A DNA stretch of 64,000 bases from a virus (lineage: Duplodnaviria; Heunggongvirae; Uroviricota; Caudoviricetes): IMG/VR virus record IMGVR_UViG_3300022661_000054. The stretch is one strand, 5' to 3'. Positions 1-9,390 of the stretch are shown one piece after another. The notes under the pieces were generated by a model. That model did not search any database. It was not told the DNA's origin and was given only the letters and a program-made list of their open reading frames with translations. Numbering within the stretch: the first letter of the stretch is position 1; the number at the start of each line of letters is the position of its first letter. A program made the translations under genes and the position numbers.

Positions 1-387
1 AACTATTCGCTCCTTAACAATAAAAGTATTTTCTTTCTCTTCTATAATTTCGTATTTACTATAAACCTCATTGAAAGACGCCGTGTCTTCTACTTTAATT
101 TCATACTGAGTTTCTATGTAATCGGCGGGACAGACTTTACATAAGCAAATAAGTAATACTAAACTAAAGAATCCGCCAACTACAAGAAGCAGTAGTTCTT
201 TTGGATGCCAATGTTCGCAACTAACGACTCCTCTTGCCTGATCTTCCGCAGTACCCTTTTTAAATGCAATATGCTGACGAGTAAAGAAGATTATTGCAGC
301 AACGATAAGCGGTAAAAAGCCTAAAAGAAACTGCCAACCAGCAATCTGATAAATTTCGATAGTATCTAAAATAGTTACTCCAGTCAT
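1..387 (-). CDS. Membrane protein, two predicted TM helices (3' end runs off the window)
   Basis: Not in ORF track. ATG at 387 reads MTGVTILDTIEIYQIAGWQFLLGFLPLIVAAIIFF...ELLLLVVGGFFSLVLLICLC... open to the window edge. Confidence 0.75.
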   Translation of the reverse strand, partial: MTGVTILDTIEIYQIAGWQFLLGFLPLIVAAIIFFTRQHIAFKKGTAEDQARGVVSCEHWHPKELLLLVVGGFFSLVLLICLCKVCPADYIETQYEIKVEDTASFNEVYSKYEIIEEKENTFIVKERIV

Positions 388-389
388 TT

Positions 390-1097
390 TTAGTCCTCCG
401 TTTTAATCATAATTCTAGCTCCAGTAATAGCAGGAACTGTCCAGTCTTCATTGTCAAAAATTCTGATCATAAATTCAACATTGTCGATATAAGGAATATA
501 ATTTCTAGTAAGAGTATCTTTATCCCAGCCTACTCTAAAGAAAGTAGTTTTTCCTGCCTCTATGTGATCTACTGAAAACAAAGGCTTACAGTTTATATTC
601 ATAATAGTAGCGTCATCGATAGTGATTGTTAAAACTTTATTAGTCTTATTTGTTACACGCAGTTCATAAGCAAACTCATACCAAGATTCTTTTTCATAGT
701 AGCCGACGAGCGCAATGTTCACTAGTTCATTATCTAGAATAGTGATACCGTTATTAGTAATTTCTGAATTGTGATAAATCTTTAGAGAAGTATCTACAAT
801 AGGAGTTGTAGTATTATTACATGGTGGGCAATTTTTTTCTTTTTTAATAATAGTAGTTTGTTGGTCGACACAGACCCATTTATTTTTGTAAATATTATAT
901 GTATATTCTCTTAGTATAAGTTCGCCAGTTTCTTCATTATAAAAAGTTTGCTGAAGAACATTGTCATACTGATCTTTTACTTCGTCGACCAGAGTTAGAG
1001 GTGACCATGCTTTTTCCTTAGTCTCTTTAGTAGCGCTGCAGCCAGTACATGATACACAAATAATACACACTAGAACTAAACAAATTAATTTTTTCAT
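390..1097 (-). CDS. Putative lipoprotein
   Basis: MKK + hydrophobic stretch + Cys-containing lipobox-like (VSCTGC) N-terminus; AAGGAG RBS. Confidence 0.65.
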   Translation of the reverse strand: MKKLICLVLVCIICVSCTGCSATKETKEKAWSPLTLVDEVKDQYDNVLQQTFYNEETGELILREYTYNIYKNKWVCVDQQTTIIKKEKNCPPCNNTTTPIVDTSLKIYHNSEITNNGITILDNELVNIALVGYYEKESWYEFAYELRVTNKTNKVLTITIDDATIMNINCKPLFSVDHIEAGKTTFFRVGWDKDTLTRNYIPYIDNVEFMIRIFDNEDWTVPAITGARIMIKTED

Positions 1098-1118
1098 ATT
1101 TAAATAAGCTCCTTACCT

Positions 1119-1174
1119 TAAAATAAAAAATTTAGATAACCCTATCATATTATACTCTAAGGTTATCTAAATTT
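1119..1174 (-). terminator. 14-bp inverted repeat with U-tract ending the tail operon (possible operator)
   Basis: AAATTTAGATAACC (1128-1141) / GGTTATCTAAATTT (1161-1174), followed by a T-run on the minus strand. Confidence 0.55.
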
Positions 1175-1177
1175 CAA
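1149..1177 (-). promoter_or_regulatory. Host sigmaA-type promoter TTGAAA-17bp-TATAAT
   Basis: Minus strand TTGAAA at 1177-1172 and TATAAT at 1154-1149, with a 17 bp spacer, upstream of the lipoprotein gene. Confidence 0.7.
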
Positions 1178-1185
1178 CACTTTTA

Positions 1186-2478
1186 TTAAATTTTATCTAA
1201 ATCGCCTTTAATTCTTGTTAAACTAAGATTTGTTGCATAGCCATTAGGACCTATATTATCTACCTGTTTAGTTACAATATAAAGACCGCTAGATATATGT
1301 TTTTTACCACCTGGGAAAATTACGTTAAGTCTTACATACTGCATTAGAGTGGCAGGTCTTAAAAGTCCTTGTACTTGAATATTGGCATTTATAGGGAATT
1401 GCGTTGCTTTTGTCCACCAAACTTGGTCCGCAGCCTTCGTATCAAATTTATCGGTTCGAGCCATACTTGTAGGAGCAAATACATCTTCCCATAATCCTTC
1501 ACCATTTATACGTCGAGCGTAGTTTTCAGGGTGAGCTAGATTTTGATATTCATAGTATATAGAATAATTTTCATTTTTTTCGATATTAAAAGATCTAACT
1601 ATCGTTGACGTGTTTATACCAATATCAATTTCATAAGCTTCACCATGATCCATTACAGTAGAAACTTTTGAAACTTTAAAATATGGACCGCTTTTACTTT
1701 TTGATCTATCCGCGCTAGTAATTGAGTCGTCAAATATTGAAAGAATATAAATATCCTTAACTAATCCAGGTGCTGACCCTTCTGGAATCATACAACCAGC
1801 CAAGTAGTTAATATAGTCTATTGCAGAAATATTCTGTTTTGACTCTATCTCTACAGCCATGTCATCACCTGCAATAAGTGAATCTAGATCAGAAACCTTC
1901 ATGCCTGTAAAAGTATTTTGTAAACTTTTATTATTTTTAAAGAGTTTTTTAATTTCTTCACTAGGTTTAACTTTATTACCAAAAGTTGTGCCTGGCATTG
2001 TTATGCTACCATCAGTAGATAGAGCCGCGCTAGAAACTGCCTGTACTGTATAAGTAATAGTGCTACCTTGCAAATTAAATGCTTGATTTACATTTGTTAT
2101 AATAGCTTCTTCATTTTTATAAATGTAAGCAGGCGTCTCAGCATCGCCATAAGTAAAAATAATTTTTCTCGAACGGCTTACACTGGAAAAGACCTTTTCA
2201 AAAAAATTTGGGTCATCATACTGAGTAACTGGATAATTTATTTCTAGAGTATATTTATTAACCTGCCCATTTATTTTAGTAACCTGCATAGAAGTTATAT
2301 ATTGCGGATACTGAATTGAATATGAAGTATAGAAACCTGCCTGGTTTTTGCCCCATGATTTTGTTTTTTCATCAAAAATACCAAAGGTATAATCGCCAAT
2401 AGTAACTTTTATCCACGGTACTTGTATTCTAGCTTGGCTTGACAATAAACTTTTATTTTTAATTATTCTACTACTCAT
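1186..2478 (-). CDS. Baseplate hub protein (gp27/gpD-like)
   Basis: Last gene after tape measure and LysM gene. C-terminal SGLYIVTKQVDNIGPNGYATNLSLTR resembles the hub-family terminal beta strands. Confidence 0.55.
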   Translation of the reverse strand: MSSRIIKNKSLLSSQARIQVPWIKVTIGDYTFGIFDEKTKSWGKNQAGFYTSYSIQYPQYITSMQVTKINGQVNKYTLEINYPVTQYDDPNFFEKVFSSVSRSRKIIFTYGDAETPAYIYKNEEAIITNVNQAFNLQGSTITYTVQAVSSAALSTDGSITMPGTTFGNKVKPSEEIKKLFKNNKSLQNTFTGMKVSDLDSLIAGDDMAVEIESKQNISAIDYINYLAGCMIPEGSAPGLVKDIYILSIFDDSITSADRSKSKSGPYFKVSKVSTVMDHGEAYEIDIGINTSTIVRSFNIEKNENYSIYYEYQNLAHPENYARRINGEGLWEDVFAPTSMARTDKFDTKAADQVWWTKATQFPINANIQVQGLLRPATLMQYVRLNVIFPGGKKHISSGLYIVTKQVDNIGPNGYATNLSLTRIKGDLDKI

Positions 2479-2804
2479 TTATTAATCCTTCCAAACTCTA
2501 CACTAGAAATACTAGGAATCTTTAGGGTATTATACTTATCTTTTAGTGGTTTAAATGAATCTTGAATATCATTGAAATACGCAATAACCCACCAGAAAGT
2601 AGGATTATTATAATATTTTAAAGCGAGTGAGTGTAGAGTATCATTGCTTTTTACTTTGTGCGTAACAAATTCCGCGTTTGTTTTTAGATTAGTACCAATA
2701 CCATAAATTTCTTTATCCGTTAAAGTATCGTAGTAGTAGGGGGTGTTTGTATACCTACTTAGATAATCATAGTCAGCGTAAGTTTTCTTTTTTAATGTAT
2801 CCAA
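2475..2804 (-). CDS. LysM-domain baseplate protein (gp53/tail X-like)
   Basis: HKVKSNDTLHSLALKYYNNPTFWWVIAYFN LysM-like signature; tail context. Confidence 0.8.
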   Translation of the reverse strand: MDTLKKKTYADYDYLSRYTNTPYYYDTLTDKEIYGIGTNLKTNAEFVTHKVKSNDTLHSLALKYYNNPTFWWVIAYFNDIQDSFKPLKDKYNTLKIPSISSVEFGRINK

Positions 2805-2819
2805 TACAAATCACCTCTT

Positions 2820-3410
2820 TTAAAAATTCATCCCCTGCCGTAGTGTAGCAGTAAGACCTCTAAAAGAACCGTTCTTAAAAATAGTAGTCGAATCATAAGG
2901 GTCGACTTCTGAAATGGTAAAGTCTATTTTCATTGTGGCATATTTCTCGTTTACTAAAATAGGCTTTCCGTAGGTAACGCGTACTCCACCACTTACTACG
3001 CCTTTTATAAAAACTTCTCTACCGAGTCGGATTGCTACGAGTGGCGGCTCAATAGCTTTATTAGAAAGATTATACTTTGGAACGGCAATAGCCTGGAGCG
3101 CATGAATAAATTGCTCAGCCATATCATCCCCGTCTGAGAATCGTCCATTGCCGTTGACAGCATTAATCTCTTCAAACATGTCTCTATGGAAATTTAAACT
3201 AATTGCAATAGTTCTAGGTCCGGCATTACTAAAAGTATACACAGGGGCAGAACGGCCTAAAGCTGTGCTACTGGCAAAAGAAGAATCCATGTTATCAGTA
3301 ACTTCATCAGGATAGCCTGGTAACATCCAATATTGGTAGTCTTCGTCTAAATGTGAAATATAAATGTAACAATCCGGAAGTATTCTACTTAAAAGATCAT
3401 TATTTGCCAT
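2820..3410 (-). CDS. Tail tube initiator / baseplate tube-like protein
   Basis: LGRSAPVYTFSNAGPRTIAISLNF and PPLVAIRLG motifs typical of contractile-tail tube-initiator proteins; lies between tape measure and LysM gene. Confidence 0.6.
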   Translation of the reverse strand: MANNDLLSRILPDCYIYISHLDEDYQYWMLPGYPDEVTDNMDSSFASSTALGRSAPVYTFSNAGPRTIAISLNFHRDMFEEINAVNGNGRFSDGDDMAEQFIHALQAIAVPKYNLSNKAIEPPLVAIRLGREVFIKGVVSGGVRVTYGKPILVNEKYATMKIDFTISEVDPYDSTTIFKNGSFRGLTATLRQGMNF

Positions 3411-3424
3411 TTTTCTGCCCTCCT

Positions 3425-5098
3425 CTAAATATCAAATATTCCATTATAAATATCAACGTTTTGAATATTGTCTTGCAGTTTAACCTTGTTATCTGAATCT
3501 TTTGTCCAGCTAGCATACCACTTTTCAGCATCTTTATCTACATAACCTAAAATATCATATAAAGTGCTTTTATAATTGTGGCCCAATTTTGGCTGATATC
3601 CATAGTAGGCAGGATTATGGCCGCTATGTCTGTTTATAAGTACGCCATTTTCTATTTTAACCGGGCCGAAATTCATTATATAGTCATATATGATTTTTTG
3701 CATTTTATCTTCCCATAAGCCGTTTATTTTAAAATAATGCTTATTTTGTTTCATTACTTCTTGAGCACGTTTTATATTATCTGGGATTTCATCAAGAGGT
3801 GTAATAGCGCTCTTGCTTAAGTACTCTACTAGTCTATCTGCAAATGGGTATGACTCACCAGTGTTAAATTCTAGTAACTGTACTTTACTTATAGGTTTAA
3901 AAGTACTTATATTTAAATCAATTTCATTACCAAAGTTCATAGCAACATGATTTTGCTTATATTCCCAGAGTTCGTTATCATTCGATGAAGTTATATATCT
4001 AGGATTATCTGCAGTATCACCGAGTTGTTCATCATAGTTTGGATTTAATATTTTAAGTGGTTTAGGCACATATCTAAAATCGTTAAAATAACGATAGTCT
4101 CCCTCGAGAATTACTATAGAAGATTTACAAGATGAAGGTACTCTAATAAATAACTTAAGATCTTGTTCACGTTGAGCAATATCCCAGCGATTAATGATAT
4201 CATTATTAAATAGAGAAGCGCTACCTTCATTAGTCAGACTATTAGTGTCTGTATTCCACTTAGACACATCTAACAAATCATATAAAAAAGGCTGCTTGAA
4301 GTGCGTACTATTTACTTTTTTATAGGTTTTAGTAATTAAGTCTACAGATTTTTTATCGGTGCTTAAAGTAGTATTATAAAAGCCACAAAATAATTCAATA
4401 CCAAATGAGCTGTCTATAGCAATGGTATAATTAGCAAAAAGCTTTACAGGAAAAGCATATATACGATATTTAGAGTCTTGAGAGTTAAATATATTATAAG
4501 TTATTTTATACGTGTCTATATACGGTTTATTAGTATTATCTGTGGGCTTAGTATTATCATAGTTTGGGTTTATCTTTTGAATCGGCTGTCTAGAAATTTC
4601 ATGTCTATAATAAATGTTATTACAAATTTTGTTATTAAAACAATTATATAAAGACATCAAGTTAACACCATATAAGTCTCTTAAAAAGCGAAGATAATTC
4701 CCAAGATATTCATGTGTAACAGTATCATAAGTATTTCCAGGGCTATTTAATACCCTTGTTAGCCCTGGAACGTGCTTATTGTCTTCGTAGAAAACGGAAG
4801 AAGCTTTTTTCCAATGTAAGCTACTATAATTTGATAGTGGCTTACGTGTATCATAATTCCATAAATAGCTATAAAGTTCATTATCTTTCAAGTAAGGAAA
4901 TTGTAAAGCATTTTGTGTTACAAAGCTTTTATGAGTAGAGTTAAATGACTCTAGTACTCTAGGGTCTTCATGTCCAGGATGTTCAGCAGCATATTTTACA
5001 AAATCTCTCGTATAAATACGACATGTAGGTAAGTTAACAGAGGATAATAACTGTTTTAAATATCCTGTAAAAATATGTGTATTATTAAATTTAAACAT
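3425..5098 (-). CDS. Hypothetical tail-region virion protein
   Basis: 557-aa ORF with GGAGG RBS directly after the tape measure gene; no recognised motif. Confidence 0.5.
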   Translation of the reverse strand: MFKFNNTHIFTGYLKQLLSSVNLPTCRIYTRDFVKYAAEHPGHEDPRVLESFNSTHKSFVTQNALQFPYLKDNELYSYLWNYDTRKPLSNYSSLHWKKASSVFYEDNKHVPGLTRVLNSPGNTYDTVTHEYLGNYLRFLRDLYGVNLMSLYNCFNNKICNNIYYRHEISRQPIQKINPNYDNTKPTDNTNKPYIDTYKITYNIFNSQDSKYRIYAFPVKLFANYTIAIDSSFGIELFCGFYNTTLSTDKKSVDLITKTYKKVNSTHFKQPFLYDLLDVSKWNTDTNSLTNEGSASLFNNDIINRWDIAQREQDLKLFIRVPSSCKSSIVILEGDYRYFNDFRYVPKPLKILNPNYDEQLGDTADNPRYITSSNDNELWEYKQNHVAMNFGNEIDLNISTFKPISKVQLLEFNTGESYPFADRLVEYLSKSAITPLDEIPDNIKRAQEVMKQNKHYFKINGLWEDKMQKIIYDYIMNFGPVKIENGVLINRHSGHNPAYYGYQPKLGHNYKSTLYDILGYVDKDAEKWYASWTKDSDNKVKLQDNIQNVDIYNGIFDI

Positions 5099-5112
5099 TT
5101 AAAATATCCTCC

Positions 5113-8097
5113 TTATACTGTTGTGGTCCAGCCACCAAGACTTACATTACCACTAATGCCATTAGATCCACTGTAACTACTTCCAGAAGAACTTGTTCCA
5201 CCAGAGCTGCTATTAGAACCATCTAAGCTAGCAACACCACCCTGCGCACCACTACTATTAGTTTTAGTCAAGCCGTAATCATCAACCTTAACTCTAAAGT
5301 AACTATTTCCATGTGCAACATCATCTAATAATTCATAGATTTTTAAAACAGTTGTATTTAAAACATCTACTTGATTTGCTTCAGCTTCTTCCTGAGCCTC
5401 AATCATTTGTTTTTTATTGGAATCTTTTGTTTCTTGAATAGTGGAATTTTTAATATCACTACTTGAAGCATTTCCAACGTAGCCTGACTCGGAAACGGAA
5501 GACTCGCCACCGCCAGCCATTTTTAGCAGGTTTCCGTCCCCTCTAGGTGTTATAGTTAAACCAGATCCAGATTCAATACCAAGCTGACTAAGCATTTTTT
5601 GGCCACTAAAAGAGTTTCCTAGTCCAGCAATTAGAGAGCCCATGCTAGTAAGCATACCGCCACTCATGGCTGCTACACGCATTATATCTGCGATAGTGGT
5701 ATTTAATGCTACTGTATTACCCATGATGGATATATCAGGGAAAGGTATACCTCCAACAGTGTCGTCTAATAAACCAGCAACTTTGTAAATAGCATAAGCT
5801 ACAGGATTACTAGCAATTCCACTAGCAAGTGTATAATTAGTATTTGACCACATGTTGGTCATCATTTCACCTAAACTAGTACGTTTTCCCATCGTGCCTG
5901 CCATCTCCGATAATTGATATAACATATTATTATATGTCATAGAATTATTAAAGATAGACTCAGTACTGCCTGGAAGTACTAGATTTGTGGCGGCTTTTAG
6001 ATCTGATGCTTTTACACCAAAAACATCTGCTAATTGCTGTTGTACTACTTTATTATCTTTTGCAGAATCAGAAAGCTCTGCTAAGTAATTTACTGCAGCT
6101 TGTAATAATTTATTTGTGTCACTAGAATTAATTCCGTCAGTAAGAATGTCAGCGATAGATAGTCCGGCATCATTAGCCGCCATAATAAGTAGGTTACCAG
6201 CACCACCGCTAGTAAGACCTTCAATTTGACCGGCAGCAATCTGACCTAATGCATTAGAAATGCCTTGTACAGCATTTTGAGACATACCTACTGAATATAG
6301 AGAACCTAACCATTTCTGTACTTGATACTCGACCTCAGTTGCCTCGGCCCCAGACATCAGAGACTGCATCTCTTCTAAGCTTCCACGCACACTATCTGCG
6401 ACGCTTTTTAAATACTCAGTATTCTCATACATATTATTTAAAAATGAATTAAGGGCTGATTCCATACCAAGGCGCCCAGCAGTAGAATCTTCCTGCTGAA
6501 TACGAATTAATCTTAATAGCGTACCATCTGCAACTTCAAAAGTATTTGCAATTTTACTTTGTATCGTCATTAAGAAGGCTCTTTGCTCAAGGTCAAACGC
6601 AATACCTTCATCAACTAAACTTTTAATATTTTTTGAAAAGTCTTCTTGCTTAAAATAAGGGTTGATTGCACCAACACTCATTATGTCTTTTGTAATCTGA
6701 TCCCAATAAGAACCAGATGACGTTTTATTAGAGGAGCCTTGTAATCTAGTGTCAATATCGCTTTTATAAGAAGCAATATCCTCGATGGTGTTTTCTAGGT
6801 TTTTTGCAAAATTGCTCAAAGCTTTAACAGCTACACCGACTACGGCTTTAATGTCTGTTTTACCAGTTTCTGCATTAGTTGTTAAATCTTTAAAAGCATC
6901 TATACGGTCTTTTAAGGTTTGACCTTTACCAGTTAAGGTTCCTAGTAGCTCATCGCCCTTAGCCTGAGCTTGTCGTTTTTCAGCTTTTTCTTTGTCGCGT
7001 AGTTCTTTGTCCTGCTCATACTGCCGAATTTTAGTAAGCTTTTTTAGGGCGTCTTCCTCGAACTTAAACTTTTTGGCAGCCTCACGTTGAATTCTTGTAG
7101 CTTCTTCTTTTTCTAGAATTCCGTTGTTTTTACGTTTAGACTTTAATTCTTGCTCAGCTATCCACTTGAGTCGTTTTTCATTTAGCTCTCGAATGCTTTG
7201 CTCATTTTCATTTGCATTAACTTGTCTAGAACGTGTCTCGCCAGCTTCATTATAACCTAGATCGTTTTTTCCGTCTGTATAATTTTCACTAGTAGCGTAA
7301 TCAATCTCAGTATTAATGTTATTTATAAGGTCTTGCGCAGCGAGCTCTGCACTAGCAGCTTCTTGTTGCTTAGAAAGTCTTAGGTCAGTAAGATGAGCTA
7401 ACTGTAGCTCGCTACCTTTAGCGCGTTCGTATCTAGCTATTTCTAAGTCTTTTAAAGTATTTTCAAGGGCAGTTCTACGTTCTAAATGACTTTCATGTAA
7501 GTCGTCTAGTTGCTTTTGCTTTCTAGCCGCTATATCAACCTGCTTTACAGGACCGCCGTCTTGGTCCGTTACTTCATTTCTACGAGCCTCTTGTTCTTGA
7601 CGGAAGAACTCAGCCACTTGATCAGCAAAGTCTGTTTGAGGTTGTGGTTTGTCCATTTGATCAAGTTTGTCATCGGATACAATGCTTTCCTCAACAACCG
7701 GTTCTTTTTTATTTGCATTATTATTATCATTTTTAGAAGAGTTATTACTACTAGCCTCAGCACTTCTAGAAACACTTTCTCCTGCATCTTTAAAGCTTTC
7801 AGCAATCTTACCGGCCGCTTCTTGAAAGTTATCTGAAGTTTTATCTACAATATCTTCAAGGATTAAAAAGCCATCGGTTAGTGCACTCTGTTTTCTTGCA
7901 ATAAGGTCTAAATTTCTAGAATATACATCAAAAAATTCTTCTAAGTAAGCGATTCTTTGTTTACCGATATCTATTTCACCAGCAAGAACTTTTTCGATAA
8001 TTTCTTCCTGCCGAGCTGGTAAGTTTTTTAAATCTTTTACAGTTTTAGAAAAGGCTTTAATTTGTTCAGGTGATAATTTACCGAAATCTTCTGCCAA
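5113..8097 (-). CDS. Tape measure protein
   Basis: 994 aa; helical charged N-half and Ala/Gly/Leu-rich C-half; follows the tail chaperone; TTG start with AAGGAGG RBS. Confidence 0.7.
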   Translation of the reverse strand: MAEDFGKLSPEQIKAFSKTVKDLKNLPARQEEIIEKVLAGEIDIGKQRIAYLEEFFDVYSRNLDLIARKQSALTDGFLILEDIVDKTSDNFQEAAGKIAESFKDAGESVSRSAEASSNNSSKNDNNNANKKEPVVEESIVSDDKLDQMDKPQPQTDFADQVAEFFRQEQEARRNEVTDQDGGPVKQVDIAARKQKQLDDLHESHLERRTALENTLKDLEIARYERAKGSELQLAHLTDLRLSKQQEAASAELAAQDLINNINTEIDYATSENYTDGKNDLGYNEAGETRSRQVNANENEQSIRELNEKRLKWIAEQELKSKRKNNGILEKEEATRIQREAAKKFKFEEDALKKLTKIRQYEQDKELRDKEKAEKRQAQAKGDELLGTLTGKGQTLKDRIDAFKDLTTNAETGKTDIKAVVGVAVKALSNFAKNLENTIEDIASYKSDIDTRLQGSSNKTSSGSYWDQITKDIMSVGAINPYFKQEDFSKNIKSLVDEGIAFDLEQRAFLMTIQSKIANTFEVADGTLLRLIRIQQEDSTAGRLGMESALNSFLNNMYENTEYLKSVADSVRGSLEEMQSLMSGAEATEVEYQVQKWLGSLYSVGMSQNAVQGISNALGQIAAGQIEGLTSGGAGNLLIMAANDAGLSIADILTDGINSSDTNKLLQAAVNYLAELSDSAKDNKVVQQQLADVFGVKASDLKAATNLVLPGSTESIFNNSMTYNNMLYQLSEMAGTMGKRTSLGEMMTNMWSNTNYTLASGIASNPVAYAIYKVAGLLDDTVGGIPFPDISIMGNTVALNTTIADIMRVAAMSGGMLTSMGSLIAGLGNSFSGQKMLSQLGIESGSGLTITPRGDGNLLKMAGGGESSVSESGYVGNASSSDIKNSTIQETKDSNKKQMIEAQEEAEANQVDVLNTTVLKIYELLDDVAHGNSYFRVKVDDYGLTKTNSSGAQGGVASLDGSNSSSGGTSSSGSSYSGSNGISGNVSLGGWTTTV

Positions 8098-8118
8098 AGT
8101 AATTTCCTCCTTTATCGG

Positions 8119-8343
8119 TTATCTTTTATTATTTTGCTGTGCCTCGACAAAGGCTTGTGCTGTAGCGTCTTTCTTTTCGTTAATACATTCAATTAAATAT
8201 ACTCTGTCTTGATATGCTAAGTTCAACACGTCTGTATAACTAGTATGTAAGTTATCACTTACATACCAACATTCCTTTACGATTTCTTTATATCTCTTAG
8301 GTCCAAAAGGCGTACCGTCATTAGATAGTTGTGGGTCTAAAAA
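8119..8343 (-). CDS. Frameshift-accessed C-terminal extension of tail assembly chaperone (GT-like, 74 aa)
   Basis: The +1 frame FLDPQLSNDGTPFGPKRYKEIVKECWYVSDNLHTSYTDVLNLAYQDRVYLIECINEKK...NNKR* fills the gap before the tape measure gene. It has no ATG or RBS and overlaps two in-frame TTT TTT runs. Confidence 0.65.
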   Translation of the reverse strand, partial: FLDPQLSNDGTPFGPKRYKEIVKECWYVSDNLHTSYTDVLNLAYQDRVYLIECINEKKDATAQAFVEAQQNNKR

Positions 8344-9085
8344 ACTCGGGCCCGAAGCGAAAAAATGTAGTTACTTCTTCACCACACTTTGGACATGTGA
8401 GATATAAAATATTGTCCAAGCCAATCTGTTGATTTAATTTATCTATATTATTTAAAATTTTCTGAAGATCAAGAGCAGGCAAATTTGTAATTATATTTTC
8501 AAGCTCCGTTTCTGATTTTTTCTCGCCATCAATTAAATCGATATTAGTAAGTAGACGAACTAGAGTTTCAAAGTCGATTGTAGCATTTTTATATCTGCGT
8601 TTCATATCTTTTACTTTAACTTCCATCTCTTCAACCATACGTGGTGATAAGAAGTTGAGTGTGATAATACGACCGCTTTTTGGAAGCGAGAAGGTTTGAA
8701 GACCTTTAACGTCATCTTCATTAAATTCTTTTACGTCAAGCTGACCTAGTTTAGCAACAGTTTCAATAGCCTCACCACAGCTGGGGCAGCGCAGAGCAAC
8801 TTTATAGTCCTCACCATATGTCACTATTCTTAGTTTATGAAGTAAGAACTCATAATCACCTAGGCTCATATCATAGACATGAATAGCTGGCTTTTCAATA
8901 CAGCAGCCTTCGATAATATCAGCTAATGTCTTAAGAGGTGTACTAGAAGGTGATAGTCTCTTCATCTCGTCGCGGGCTGTCATGCTACGAAGCTCAATAT
9001 GCGGATTTACGGTTTCATTATAAATCTTACCTTTAGATGGTAGTTCGTAGCCTTCCATAATAGTGTAATCTGTTTGTCTTTCCAT
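8321..9085 (-). CDS. Tail assembly chaperone / T4 gp26-like hub assembly protein
   Basis: ELPSKG, LRIVTYG, two CxxC motifs (CPSC, CPKC), C-terminal GPEFF; start reassigned to MERQ (AAAGGA RBS). Confidence 0.7.
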   Translation of the reverse strand: MERQTDYTIMEGYELPSKGKIYNETVNPHIELRSMTARDEMKRLSPSSTPLKTLADIIEGCCIEKPAIHVYDMSLGDYEFLLHKLRIVTYGEDYKVALRCPSCGEAIETVAKLGQLDVKEFNEDDVKGLQTFSLPKSGRIITLNFLSPRMVEEMEVKVKDMKRRYKNATIDFETLVRLLTNIDLIDGEKKSETELENIITNLPALDLQKILNNIDKLNQQIGLDNILYLTCPKCGEEVTTFFRFGPEFFRPTTI

Positions 9086-9111
9086 AATACTTTGTCCTTT
9101 CATTTTAAATA

Positions 9112-9276
9112 TCACATTTCGCGATTTTCAAAGTAATGTTCTAAAATGTATCTTATAAGTGCAGATACTGTAATGCCACGGGCTTGTGCAGTTTCTTTTA
9201 ATCTATCTATTAAAGGCTTTGACGATTCAAATGTTTGTATAACTTTATCACTTCTATCAACTTTCTTGCGTCCCAT
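9112..9276 (-). CDS. Ribbon-helix-helix DNA-binding protein
   Basis: QTFESSKPLIDRLKETAQARGITVSALIRYILE CopG-like pattern; start at MGRKK with AAAGGA RBS. Confidence 0.7.
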   Translation of the reverse strand: MGRKKVDRSDKVIQTFESSKPLIDRLKETAQARGITVSALIRYILEHYFENREM

Positions 9277-9310
9277 GATATAAGTATCCTTTCTTATTGT
9301 ATAACACATA

Positions 9311-9320
9311 TAATTTAGCA
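9311..9320 (-). promoter_or_regulatory. Putative late promoter TGCTAAATTA
   Basis: One of 11 intergenic copies; upstream of the RHH-chaperone-tape measure operon. Confidence 0.7.
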
Positions 9321-9344
9321 AAAGTATAAATAGATTTATTAAAA

Positions 9345-9375
9345 ATAAAAGACGTTCCTAAATAGGAACGTCTTT
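9345..9375 (-). terminator. Intrinsic terminator after tail tube gene
   Basis: AAAGACGTTCCTA/TAGGAACGTCTTT stem, then T-run. Confidence 0.8.
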
Positions 9376-9390
9376 ATTATAATTATTTAT

